This document shows positions 55,061 through 64,000 of a stretch of 64,000 bases of DNA, piece after piece. Position 1 is the stretch's first letter. Each line of letters opens with the position of its first letter. Location: positions 10,487 to 74,486 of the forward strand of contig CAWJEP010000001.1 of NCBI GenBank assembly GCA_963841935.1, given 5' to 3'. The stretch is from an uncultured bacterium (GTDB lineage: Bacteria; Patescibacteriota; Minisyncoccia; Phycocordibacterales; UBA6065). The position numbers were made by a program, and so were the translations under genes. Under the pieces are notes generated by a model. The model did no database searches. It was not told where the DNA came from and was given only the letters and a program-made list of their open reading frames with translations.

Positions 55061-56124
55061 TAACAGCTCGGATATTCTGACAGGAATGGGTTGTGAGCGC
55101 CGCGGACTTCAATGTGGAGATGCGGACCGGTGGCCTCTCCCGTCATTCCGACTAGACCAATTTCCTCGCCTTGCGATACTTCTTCGCCTTGGCTAGCGAG
55201 AACTTTGGTCATGTGGGCATACAGAGTCTGTGTGCCGTTGTCGTGAGAAACGACGACGTAATTTCCATAGCCACCGTTCCAACCGCCGTTGTTTTTCGCC
55301 ACGATGACCTCGCCGGCGGCTACGGCGTATATAGGCGTGCCGCGCGGAGCGGCGATATCGACGGCGTTATATCCGTGAAGACCTTGCGAAAGACATGCTG
55401 TGGCGATTTTTATCGGCATTGAATAATAACTGTCGTAATCGGGACCATTGGTGTTGTGCGCCGGTTCCGGCGGAAGATTGGCATTCGTAATTTTTCCCTG
55501 GCGCAGAATCGTCGGCTCGGTGGAGTTGAGTTCGCCGTTCGGAATGACAATTGTTTCTCCTACGGATATGGTGGAATCCGTGACGCCGTTGAAAGAAGCT
55601 ATGTCTCCGGCGTCGCTACCAAACTTCTTGGCTATATTCTCGACCGTGTCGCCCTTTTTGACCGTGTATTGAACTCCGGTTATCGGTAAGATGACGAGTT
55701 TATCTCCCGGATTTATGGGGCCTGTGATGTCGTTCGCCCAAATGATGGTGTTGACCGAGACGCCGAACATTTTCGCGATTTGGGAAAGGGAGTCGCCCTC
55801 ACGTACGACATAGAGACTAATTGTTGTGGTCTGAACATCTGACTGAATATCCGAGGCTGTGCCCGAGACGCCGCTCGCGGCGACAAGGGCTCCGTCATTC
55901 ACTGCCAACTGGTCTCCGGAAGTCGGGTTTGGGTTGGAGTTTGCGGCTGGTATAGGGAGAGTGCCGGCAGCGGAAGGGTCCGAACCAGAAAGAGATGTGC
56001 CGGCAGCCTCTACGGTATTTCCAAAAATAAATGAAAGAATCCCAGCGTTGGCGACGACTGGGACGGTTAGGGTAGAAAAAAATACAAAACCGGATACGAC
56101 GCCGGCCGACCAAAGCTTTTTCAT
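55057..56124 (-). CDS. LysM-domain M23 family peptidoglycan endopeptidase
   Basis: Two LysM motifs (YVVREGDSLSQIAKMFG, YTVKKGDTVENIAKKFG) and an M23 HxH site (GPHLHIEVR). Confidence 0.85.
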   Translation of the reverse strand: MKKLWSAGVVSGFVFFSTLTVPVVANAGILSFIFGNTVEAAGTSLSGSDPSAAGTLPIPAANSNPNPTSGDQLAVNDGALVAASGVSGTASDIQSDVQTTTISLYVVREGDSLSQIAKMFGVSVNTIIWANDITGPINPGDKLVILPITGVQYTVKKGDTVENIAKKFGSDAGDIASFNGVTDSTISVGETIVIPNGELNSTEPTILRQGKITNANLPPEPAHNTNGPDYDSYYSMPIKIATACLSQGLHGYNAVDIAAPRGTPIYAVAAGEVIVAKNNGGWNGGYGNYVVVSHDNGTQTLYAHMTKVLASQGEEVSQGEEIGLVGMTGEATGPHLHIEVRGAHNPFLSEYPSCY

Positions 56125-56392
56125 CTTTCCCGAACCGTTTTTAGAAGATGCGGGGAAAGAATCACGAGAGAGAATAGATATAAGCCTTATTTTTAGCCAC
56201 TATTGCGGTATTTGCTGTATAACGGCTCCATAGAGCCATTTACTGAATCTCAACCTTTACAGGGTATTAATGAGTATAGTCATATGAGATTTTTAGTCAA
56301 TCAAACTATCCACCTAGTATCCACAAACCGAAAATGTGTCCAAAAAACCTTGGAAATTATGGCTTTTTTGGGTTTTCTGATATATTTAACAG

Positions 56393-58312
56393 GTGGAAAA
56401 CTTAAGCGATAAACAAAAGGAGGCTGTCGAATACACTGAAGGGCCACTTTTGGTCATTGCCGGCGCCGGAGCGGGAAAAACTCGCGTAATTACGGAAAGA
56501 ATCGCTTATCTCATCAAAAAAAAGAATGTCCTACCGGAAAAAATCCTCGCCGTAACGTTCACAAACAAAGCGGCAACGGAAATGCGCGAACGGGTGTTAA
56601 AAATCCTCAAAGAAAAGTCCGGATACTTAAATGCCGCGCCTTTCATCGGAACTTTTCACGGACTTTGCTCTTTTATCTTGCGAAACGACGCCGAAGCCGC
56701 GGGATTGAGGAAAACTTTCGTTATTTTCGACCGAGACGATTCAAAACGGCTCATTCGAGACGCAATGAGAGAAATCGACCCGGACATGCCGAAGCGTCTC
56801 GAGCCCGGAGCGGCACTCGGAATAATTTCCAGGGAAAAAGACACGGGAATGGACGCGAGAACCTTCCTTGAAAGCCGAAAAGACGAGTTTGGGAAAAATA
56901 TCGGCGTCATTTGGGAAAAATACGAAAGAAAACTTCGCGAAGAAAACGCTTTGGACTTCGACGACTTGCTCGTGCGAGCGGTAAAACTTCTAAGGGGCAA
57001 CGAGGTTGTAAGAAAAAAATATCTTTCACGATTCGAATACATAGAAGTCGACGAATACCACGACACCAACGCCATTCAATACGAATTGGTGAAACTTTTG
57101 GCGGGCGAAAAGAAAAACATAATGGTTGTAGGCGACGTAGACCAATCGATTTACAGTTGGAGAGGAGCGGACATAAAGAACTTAATCAATTTCGAGCGCG
57201 ACTTCGCCGGTGCCAAGACAGTGCTCCTCGAAGAAAACTATCGCTCGAGCAAAACCATTCTCGACGCCGCGAACGCCGTCATAGTGAAAAACAAGAACCG
57301 CTTCGACAAAACTTTGTTCACGAAAGCTTCAAGTGGCGAGAAAATTTCCGTCTATGAAGCTTACGACGAAACGGAAGAAGCAAACTTTATTACAGAAAAA
57401 GTCCGTGAGGCGATTTCTTCCGGCGTAAGCTCGGAAGAAATCGCCGTCCTTTATCGCGCCAATTTCCAATCGCGCGCCCTGGAAGAAGCTTTTCTCTCAA
57501 AACAAATCCCGCACATCGTTCTCGGCACCAGATTCTTTGAAAGAAAAGAGGTCAAAGATATTATTTCTTACATCCGCGCGGCGCAAAGTCCCGAGTCGCT
57601 TTCCGACGTAAAACGGGTGATAAACTTGCCGCCGCGCGGCATAGGCAAAGTTTCCATAATGAAAATATTTTCGGAACAGGAAAATCTACTTTCCGGTTCG
57701 CAAAGAGACTCGTGGAATAAATTTAAATCGTCGCTGAAAAACATTGACGAAGAAATAAAAAAATCTCCGCCATCAAAAGTCGTGAGGTTTGTTTTCGAAA
57801 AAAGCGGTATCAAGGAAATGCTGAAAAATCAGGGCGACGAAGGGTTGGAAAGAATGGAAAACATCGAAGAATTGGGGGCTTTCGCCGCGAGATACGACGG
57901 TTTGCCGTGTCCGGAAGGCATAGCGAAACTTTTGGAGGATGCCGCGCTCGCGACTGACCAAGATTCGCTCGATGGAGACCCGAAAGGAGTGAGACTCTCG
58001 ACCGTTCACGCTTCAAAAGGCCTCGAGTTCGACGTTGTTTTCATTACCGGACTCGAACAAGACCTTTTTCCGCACAAGTCCACGGAAGGCAAAAGTAAGG
58101 GTCGGGACGAAGAAGAAGAACGACGGCTTTTTTACGTGGCGATAACGCGCGCCAGAAAAAAAATATATCTTTCACACGCTTCCACCAGAATGGTTTTCGG
58201 TTCGCGACAATGGAACGCGCCGTCGGAATTTCTTTTTGACGTGCCGGAAGATTTGATCGAGCAGGAAGAAAAAGTCGAAGGCGGAGGAAAAGTGATATAT
58301 TTCGACATATGA
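56393..58312 (+). CDS. pcrA: ATP-dependent DNA helicase PcrA/UvrD family
   Basis: GAGAGKTRVITERIAYLI and the other SF1 motifs. Confidence 0.9.
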   Translation: MENLSDKQKEAVEYTEGPLLVIAGAGAGKTRVITERIAYLIKKKNVLPEKILAVTFTNKAATEMRERVLKILKEKSGYLNAAPFIGTFHGLCSFILRNDAEAAGLRKTFVIFDRDDSKRLIRDAMREIDPDMPKRLEPGAALGIISREKDTGMDARTFLESRKDEFGKNIGVIWEKYERKLREENALDFDDLLVRAVKLLRGNEVVRKKYLSRFEYIEVDEYHDTNAIQYELVKLLAGEKKNIMVVGDVDQSIYSWRGADIKNLINFERDFAGAKTVLLEENYRSSKTILDAANAVIVKNKNRFDKTLFTKASSGEKISVYEAYDETEEANFITEKVREAISSGVSSEEIAVLYRANFQSRALEEAFLSKQIPHIVLGTRFFERKEVKDIISYIRAAQSPESLSDVKRVINLPPRGIGKVSIMKIFSEQENLLSGSQRDSWNKFKSSLKNIDEEIKKSPPSKVVRFVFEKSGIKEMLKNQGDEGLERMENIEELGAFAARYDGLPCPEGIAKLLEDAALATDQDSLDGDPKGVRLSTVHASKGLEFDVVFITGLEQDLFPHKSTEGKSKGRDEEEERRLFYVAITRARKKIYLSHASTRMVFGSRQWNAPSEFLFDVPEDLIEQEEKVEGGGKVIYFDI

Positions 58313-59064
58313 GAACCAAAAAATCACTCGGACAAAATTTCTTGATATCGCCTCGGGTGTCGCAAATGATCGCGAACGCCGGTGACATAGAAAAAAATGA
58401 AGTTGTCGTCGAGATAGGTCCCGGCAAAGGCGCCCTGACGAAAGAACTGCTTTCCGCCGGCGCGAAAGTCATTGCTATTGAAAAAGACTTGTCTTTAATT
58501 TCGTTACTCGAAGAAAAATTCACGAAAGAAATTTCAGAAAATAGATTGCAAATAATTTCCGGCGACGCGCTCGACGAAATATCTCTTCCTAAAAAATACA
58601 AACTCATTGCTAACATTCCTTATTACATCACCGGCGCGATTCTGGAGAAATTTTTGGGCGGAGAAAATCCACCGACACTCGCGGTCTTAATGCTTCAAAA
58701 AGAAGCGGCGGAAAGAATAGTCGCGCGAAACAAAAAAGAAAGCATTCTTTCGATTTCGGTGAAAATTTTCGGCAAGCCGTCGATTGTAATGAAGGTCTCG
58801 CGCGGAAATTTCTTTCCGATTCCCAATGTAGATTCCGCCGTCCTGAAAATCTCAAATATAAAAAATCCTTTCGCCTCAAAAACTGAAGAAAAAAAGTTTT
58901 TCGAGCTGGTGAAAAAAGGATTCGCCCACAAAAGGAAAAAACTCACGAGTAATTTGCAATTGTCCGCCGCCCAAATAGAAAAATTGGCTATTCCTGAAAA
59001 TCTTCGCGCCGAGGACGCTTCTCTCGATTTTTGGAAAAACCTCGCGGAGAAATTAAATATTTGA
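58309..59064 (+). CDS. rsmA: 16S rRNA (adenine1518/1519-N6)-dimethyltransferase
   Basis: LGQNFLI and VVEIGPGKGALT motifs. Confidence 0.9.
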   Translation: MRTKKSLGQNFLISPRVSQMIANAGDIEKNEVVVEIGPGKGALTKELLSAGAKVIAIEKDLSLISLLEEKFTKEISENRLQIISGDALDEISLPKKYKLIANIPYYITGAILEKFLGGENPPTLAVLMLQKEAAERIVARNKKESILSISVKIFGKPSIVMKVSRGNFFPIPNVDSAVLKISNIKNPFASKTEEKKFFELVKKGFAHKRKKLTSNLQLSAAQIEKLAIPENLRAEDASLDFWKNLAEKLNI

Positions 59065-59709
59065 ACCTACTATCGGAGTGATCTCGCCCTCGGAACCTAT
59101 GACCGTGCAGCCGTAACCTATGTATTCGTAGCAACCTTGGACACCGGGTTCATCATCACCCAGAAGTTCCGTGGCAAAAGGAATGTTGTAATACTCAAAA
59201 GCCTGCGTTCCTTCTTCATAAGACAAAACTTCGTCGGATGTCGCCGGATTTGATGTCGGGCCAATGTAAATAAGCCACGAGTCACTGCAATCACAATATT
59301 CCGCGCTGTCGAGCGGTCCGCCAAAAGGAAGAGTCGCGACCGTTGCCAAAGCCTGTTTTGGCTCAAATATGGAAGAAAGAAATAACGCGATGCCATCAAA
59401 AAAACCGTTAGAAGCCGTTGTTTTTGTTGGACTTTTTAATTTTGCCTGATTGTCTTTCATAAAAAGCCACACCATATCGGTAGTGGTGGATAAATCCTGA
59501 CGAATTTTGTTTTCTATCGCCGGAAGCTCCGGGTTGTTTTTGTTTTCTTTCGCAACCGCGCCTAGAAACTTGTTTAAGTAAAGCTGGTTTGGAGAATAAT
59601 TCGCGGAAATTCCCGTCGCGTAAGAGGAAAAAGTCGCCTGGTTTGCGAACGCGGCGCAGGGTAACAAGAACAATAACACCGATAAAATAGTGGTGAGTCT
59701 TTTCACAAA
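59053..59709 (-). CDS. secreted hypothetical protein (GTG start; signal peptide VKRLTTILSVLLFLLPCAAFA)
   Basis: The longer ORF extension crosses the divergent gene, so the start is trimmed to the GTG preceded by a TATAAT-like box. Confidence 0.4.
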   Translation of the reverse strand, partial: FVKRLTTILSVLLFLLPCAAFANQATFSSYATGISANYSPNQLYLNKFLGAVAKENKNNPELPAIENKIRQDLSTTTDMVWLFMKDNQAKLKSPTKTTASNGFFDGIALFLSSIFEPKQALATVATLPFGGPLDSAEYCDCSDSWLIYIGPTSNPATSDEVLSYEEGTQAFEYYNIPFATELLGDDEPGVQGCYEYIGYGCTVIGSEGEITPIVGSNI

Positions 59710-59751
59710 AAAATTATAACCCCAAAGCGATATTTTTGATATACTTTCCGT

Positions 59752-60624
59752 ATGCCTCGCATCGTAGCCGCTCTCGCAATCGCCGCCGCTCTCATCATCG
59801 GCGTTTTCATAATAAAAAACAAAACCGCCGCGCCGTCGGCCCCGACGGCGCTCATCGCCGAACAAATCCAAGACGCGAATCAATCTTCGATAGCTGCTTA
59901 TGGCGCCGAGCTAGAATCGGAAGGTGTGGCGACTGACACAAGCATCGTCGTGCCGCCGCCGACGTCCGACGTGCCGGTAGAGCCGCCGAGCTCGGCGCTT
60001 CCGCCGCCGACGGCGACCGACAAACTGGCGCAAAACATTTTGGAAACTTATGTGAACACAAAAGAATCCGGTGTGGATATAAGCAGTGATGTGGCGACAC
60101 AGATAGCCGACAACCTTCTCTCGGAACCATACATGGACTCTTCTTCGGCAAAAACATATTCAGCATCGGACATAAGGACAGAGGATTCATATTCAGCAAG
60201 CGACATTAAAAATTACGGCAACGCCTTCGGTTCCGCGCTTGCAACGCCGCTTCCCGCCGGCGCCGAGGAAGAACTTTCTATATTCTCCGATTTTGCCGCC
60301 ACAAACGACGAGACAATACTCACGAAACTCGACCTAAACATCGCTCGTTATCAAAAAATAATTTCCAAAATGCTGCTTATTCCGGTCCCCCGGGTTTTTG
60401 TTGAAAACGACATCGCTTTCATAAACGCAATATCACAAATCGTGTACGAACTGCAAAAAGCCCGCGACCTGCCATCCGACCCGGTCGGGGGAGCAAATGC
60501 CATGCAGGAATACCAAACGACTTTAAGTTCCATACTGACGATACAAGGCCAAGAAAAAGCCATTTTTACGGCCAATAATATTATATTTTCGCCAACGGAC
60601 GCCGGTTATTCCCTTATGCAGTAG
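59752..60624 (+). CDS. membrane-anchored hypothetical protein
   Basis: An N-terminal TM helix and a Pro-rich linker. Confidence 0.45.
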   Translation: MPRIVAALAIAAALIIGVFIIKNKTAAPSAPTALIAEQIQDANQSSIAAYGAELESEGVATDTSIVVPPPTSDVPVEPPSSALPPPTATDKLAQNILETYVNTKESGVDISSDVATQIADNLLSEPYMDSSSAKTYSASDIRTEDSYSASDIKNYGNAFGSALATPLPAGAEEELSIFSDFAATNDETILTKLDLNIARYQKIISKMLLIPVPRVFVENDIAFINAISQIVYELQKARDLPSDPVGGANAMQEYQTTLSSILTIQGQEKAIFTANNIIFSPTDAGYSLMQ

Positions 60625-60642
60625 TGATGTATAATTAAATCA

Positions 60643-62367
60643 ATGTCTTTGCGCTTAAAAAAATCTCTAGCGTCAATCCTCTTATTCTCAAGCGCACTTC
60701 CCCTCGTCGCCCTGATTTTATACTCTAATCCGATACCAGTAGAGGCACAAACCACCGACTGCGCCGCGGTAATCGGTGGGGTTATAGCTGGTTTCGTCGC
60801 AACTTTTGTCGGAAGCTCGGCGACCGCTGTGCCAAACGAGTCTAAGGGAAGTGATGTTACCGGAGCTAGTACCGCCGGAAGCGCTTATGGGACATTTTTC
60901 GGCGACTGCGTCGTAAAACCGCTCGTTATAGATATGGCGCAGAGGATTCTAGCCAACATCACCAATAGTCTGGTGACGTGGATTCAAAACGGCTTCAACG
61001 GCAATCCGTCGTTCGTCACAAACATAGACGACCTCGTCTCTAATTCTGCTAATCAAGGAATAGGAGAATTTCTAAACAGCACGGCTTTGGGAAAATATCT
61101 CTGCCAACCTTTCGCCACTCAAGTGCGAATCGCTTTAGCCACAAGTTTCAGTCAGCAACAATACGCCGGATGCACGCTCACCCAAATAGACCAAAACATT
61201 CAAAACATCGGCGCTAGTCAGCAAGCATGGCAAAGTTGGATAAATATTTCCACCGTGCCGGCGAACAATCAATACGGAGCTTATGTCCAAGCGAGCGGAA
61301 TACTAAATGATCTGTTGAGCACGCAAATCGCGAATATCAACAACCAAGTAAATCGAAACGGCGGATTTTTGGATTATCAAGTCTGCGATACATATGGCCC
61401 CTCAAATGGCGTAACTCCAACCGCATCAAATCCGTTTGGTATCGATACAAGTATAACCGCGCAACCAGTCACGCAAAACTCTTCAAACCCATTTGCCGTA
61501 AATAGTACCGCCGTAGGTTCTCTGCCAGCAAACACGACCGATTCTTGGGGAGTAAATACTAGCCTCGTGTCATTCCCAAACCAAGGCTCGACGCAAACTT
61601 GCATACACTCTCACACCACTACTCCGGGTCAAACGATTTCAAACGCCCTTGCCGGAAAATATTCTTCGGAATTCAACCAAATTGGCGTAGCCCAAGATAT
61701 CAACCAGATTATGGGCGCTCTGATAAACGAAATGGTGAGCCAAACCTTGACTGGTGCCGGGGGACTTCTCGGTGGAAGCACGCAGACTGTCAACAACACA
61801 CAGAGTCTCTCAGCAACGGTCACGGCTTCAAGTACAAGCGATGCTGACAGCGTCAACACTCTTAATTCAAACATTAACAATGCGTCAAACAACCTGAATA
61901 CCAACATCACTAACGCGTCTCAAACAAACAACAATCCGACCGGCACCGTTTCTTTCGTTGGAACTCTGTCAAACGGCTCACCAATATTGAGCAAGAGCGC
62001 CAATACCACAAACACTTATTCGCTCGTGATTTCCCCGACATCATCAAGCACGGTCATATCGACGCCGGTATCCGCGACAATCACACTGACTTCGGCGACC
62101 GGCGCAACGGCAAATTCGACATTTAGCTCGGCTTCGATTTCCAGAATGGTAAACGGCCAGTCGGTAAGTCTCGAACAAAACGGCTCACTCCTGAACACGG
62201 GCACATTGTCGGTAGACAACCTTCCTGTGCCGGTAGAAATTGACCTGTCGCTAAAGCCGAACACAAGCGCCGTGCTCGGCACAAATTTCAACTTTACCGT
62301 GACACTCACCGACGCGAACGGCGCAACACTCGGCAGCAACACGGAGACATTCACTATCATTCCATAA
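60643..62367 (+). CDS. secreted S/T/N-rich surface protein (hypothetical)
   Basis: It has a signal peptide and a long low-complexity C-terminal half. Confidence 0.5.
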   Translation: MSLRLKKSLASILLFSSALPLVALILYSNPIPVEAQTTDCAAVIGGVIAGFVATFVGSSATAVPNESKGSDVTGASTAGSAYGTFFGDCVVKPLVIDMAQRILANITNSLVTWIQNGFNGNPSFVTNIDDLVSNSANQGIGEFLNSTALGKYLCQPFATQVRIALATSFSQQQYAGCTLTQIDQNIQNIGASQQAWQSWINISTVPANNQYGAYVQASGILNDLLSTQIANINNQVNRNGGFLDYQVCDTYGPSNGVTPTASNPFGIDTSITAQPVTQNSSNPFAVNSTAVGSLPANTTDSWGVNTSLVSFPNQGSTQTCIHSHTTTPGQTISNALAGKYSSEFNQIGVAQDINQIMGALINEMVSQTLTGAGGLLGGSTQTVNNTQSLSATVTASSTSDADSVNTLNSNINNASNNLNTNITNASQTNNNPTGTVSFVGTLSNGSPILSKSANTTNTYSLVISPTSSSTVISTPVSATITLTSATGATANSTFSSASISRMVNGQSVSLEQNGSLLNTGTLSVDNLPVPVEIDLSLKPNTSAVLGTNFNFTVTLTDANGATLGSNTETFTIIP

Positions 62368-62368
62368 A

Positions 62369-64000
62369 ATGAAAAGCTCATCATTAAAAATAATCACCGC
62401 GCTCTTCATCCTGACGGCAGTCATCGCGCCGCTTTCGGCAGCGGCGCAACAACCACCACCTTTCACCAGCCCCACAATTGACGTCGGAGGTACGAGTGCC
62501 GTGGGCGGCACAAATCAAAGCTCGGGTTTAACCGGAAGCAATGCGGGGAGTGGTTTGTCCGCTACGGGAATTCAGACGCCGAATAGTCAGACGGCGCAGA
62601 CAAATCCGCCGGCTTTTACCAGCACGGGCAACGAGTTTAACGTAGGTTCCGGCGGTCCAACCGGAAATACTTCATCCGGGGCGTCAGCCTCTGCGGCTCA
62701 ATCAAATACTGGCACCGGCAGCAGTTTTTCTTGGTCAAACCTCATTGCTGCGATTGACCCGATAACTTGGGTACCAAAAGCTCTGGATGCTCTCATGGAA
62801 CTCGTGGTTCTGCCGGTTGCGGGAGCAGTACTGGCTGTCGCCGGACTTCTTTTTGATAAATCGGTTCTATATTCTCTTGATATTTACAATCTCATAAGTG
62901 GAGCTACCGGAGCAGGTGGCGCTATAGTGCTCGGCTGGACGGTCATCAGAGACATATTCAATATGATGTTTATATTCAGCATTATTTGGATATCAATAGA
63001 GACGATGCTCGACCTCGGTAAGTGGCACGGGAAGCAAGTACTGACAAAAGTAATCATCGCGGCAATTCTCATTAACTTCAGTTTCTTCATAACGGAAGTC
63101 ATCATAGACGCCGGAAATATTTTCGCCACGTGGTTTTACAATGGCATTCAGACTGCGATAAGCACTACGGGCACCACTTCCGTAACCAGCGGCGTGAGTA
63201 GCATCGCCGGCGCGCTTGCCGCGTCACTCGGTCTTTTTGGTATTTACGGCAACGGAGTTAGTGGAGCCGGCGGAGCTAGTGTACTCGGTTCAATCGCGTC
63301 AGGCGGACTCAATGCGTCTGTCAATCAACTTCTTGGTTCATTCATAAGGCTCGGTGTCGTAGCTTTCGCGACTTATATATTTGCCTATGTTGCCGTGCTT
63401 TTCTTTGCCCGAACGATATCTCTGATGTTTTCACTCGTGCTTTCTCCCGTGGGTTTTGCCGGTAGCGTCTTGCCGCAGACACAGGAATATTCGAAAAAGT
63501 GGTGGGATGAACTTCTAAAAGACGTCCTGCTCGCGCCAGTGTTTCTTCTGTTCCTTTACGTCATAATAGATTTCACGACCACGCCTCTTTTTAAAGGACT
63601 CAATTTTTCAACCATCGGCGCTTTTGATGTAACTCCTTATTTCAAATATTTCCTCCTAGCTGGAATGCTTCTCTACGCTCTAAAAATGGCAAAAAAGTTT
63701 AGCGGGTCATTGGGTGAGTCGGTAAGTGGAATAGCGAAACAACTTGGAAACATGGCAGCTGGAGTTGCGGTCGGTACGGCGACGGGTGGTATTGGTCTGG
63801 CTGCCCGGGCAACTATTGGCCGGGCGGGTGCGGCGTTATCTGGAAGTGATCTTGTAAAAAATCTTGAGGGTAACAAGTACAGCGGTTTGGGTGGCGCATT
63901 ATTAAAGAACGTTGGCGCGGGTATTCGTAAAACCGGTGAGTCGGCATCAAAACAGACATTCGATACGAGTGGTATAGCTGAAGGCGCGCTCTCCGGCATA
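62369..64000 (+). CDS. polytopic membrane protein with Gly-rich segments (TrbL/VirB6-like, tentative); runs off the window end
   Basis: The frame is open from ATG 62369 to position 64000. The product has a signal peptide, an ST/G-rich region and then at least five TM helices with Gly-rich loops. It is not in the ORF table because no stop lies in the window. Confidence 0.4.
   Translation, partial: MKSSSLKIITALFILTAVIAPLSAAAQQPPPFTSPTIDVGGTSAVGGTNQSSGLTGSNAGSGLSATGIQTPNSQTAQTNPPAFTSTGNEFNVGSGGPTGNTSSGASASAAQSNTGTGSSFSWSNLIAAIDPITWVPKALDALMELVVLPVAGAVLAVAGLLFDKSVLYSLDIYNLISGATGAGGAIVLGWTVIRDIFNMMFIFSIIWISIETMLDLGKWHGKQVLTKVIIAAILINFSFFITEVIIDAGNIFATWFYNGIQTAISTTGTTSVTSGVSSIAGALAASLGLFGIYGNGVSGAGGASVLGSIASGGLNASVNQLLGSFIRLGVVAFATYIFAYVAVLFFARTISLMFSLVLSPVGFAGSVLPQTQEYSKKWWDELLKDVLLAPVFLLFLYVIIDFTTTPLFKGLNFSTIGAFDVTPYFKYFLLAGMLLYALKMAKKFSGSLGESVSGIAKQLGNMAAGVAVGTATGGIGLAARATIGRAGAALSGSDLVKNLEGNKYSGLGGALLKNVGAGIRKTGESASKQTFDTSGIAEGALSGI

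Overview
The window reads as a gene-dense bacterial chromosome segment of about 50% GC. It has short intergenic spacers, mostly minus-strand genes and many weak or absent Shine-Dalgarno sequences. Gene content suggests a small-genome, possibly Patescibacteria/CPR-like organism, but this is inference only. The evidence is a short trigger factor with no PPIase domain, tRNAs without encoded CCA next to a cca gene, a H+-pyrophosphatase, ComEC/ComM, and many secreted S/T/N-rich proteins.

Backbone. The str operon genes rpsL-rpsG-fusA are followed by tuf-rpsJ-rplC-rplD-rplW-rplB on the minus strand. This ribosomal cluster ends at a strong terminator after rplB, with a macAB-like efflux pair downstream. 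Other core genes are an SDR, an M50 protease, rpmB, comEC, sodA-like, rnhA, recJ, dsbA-like, HIT, pgk, tpiA, nusA, hppA, tig, rsmE, clpP, rny, hup, a metallophosphoesterase, four minus-strand tRNAs, cca, xth, xerC-like, rpsO, an NYN protein, a dksA-like gene, comM, a LysM-M23 peptidase, pcrA/uvrD and rsmA.

Accessory content.
- An 8-gene minus-strand surface operon of about 10 kb (24.3-34.5 kb) encodes a secreted protein with four thrombospondin type-1 repeats. It also encodes a tail-fibre-like protein with a C-terminal S74 self-cleaving chaperone domain, a GW-repeat protein sharing the TSP1 protein's C-terminal domain (both end FNPxF[KQ]EI), a 465-aa polytopic membrane protein, and a CarS/CdsA-like CTP-transferase.
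- A family of four 73-82 bp RPE/MITE-like palindromic elements has a conserved core. Two copies are inserted in frame inside comEC and rsmE, and two act as intergenic terminators.
- A roughly 420-bp duplicated SDR 3' end brackets a GC-rich foreign gene.
- An AT-rich island lies beside a tRNA-Gly whose 3' end is duplicated 140 bp away.
- GTTTCA-N2-TGAAAC palindromes cluster around yraN.
- A family of small single-TM YFW-motif proteins is scattered through the window.

At least five single-base frameshifts interrupt conserved genes (rpsJ, hppA, tig twice, the TSP1 gene). They look like assembly indels rather than biology. No rRNA, CRISPR array or transposase was seen.
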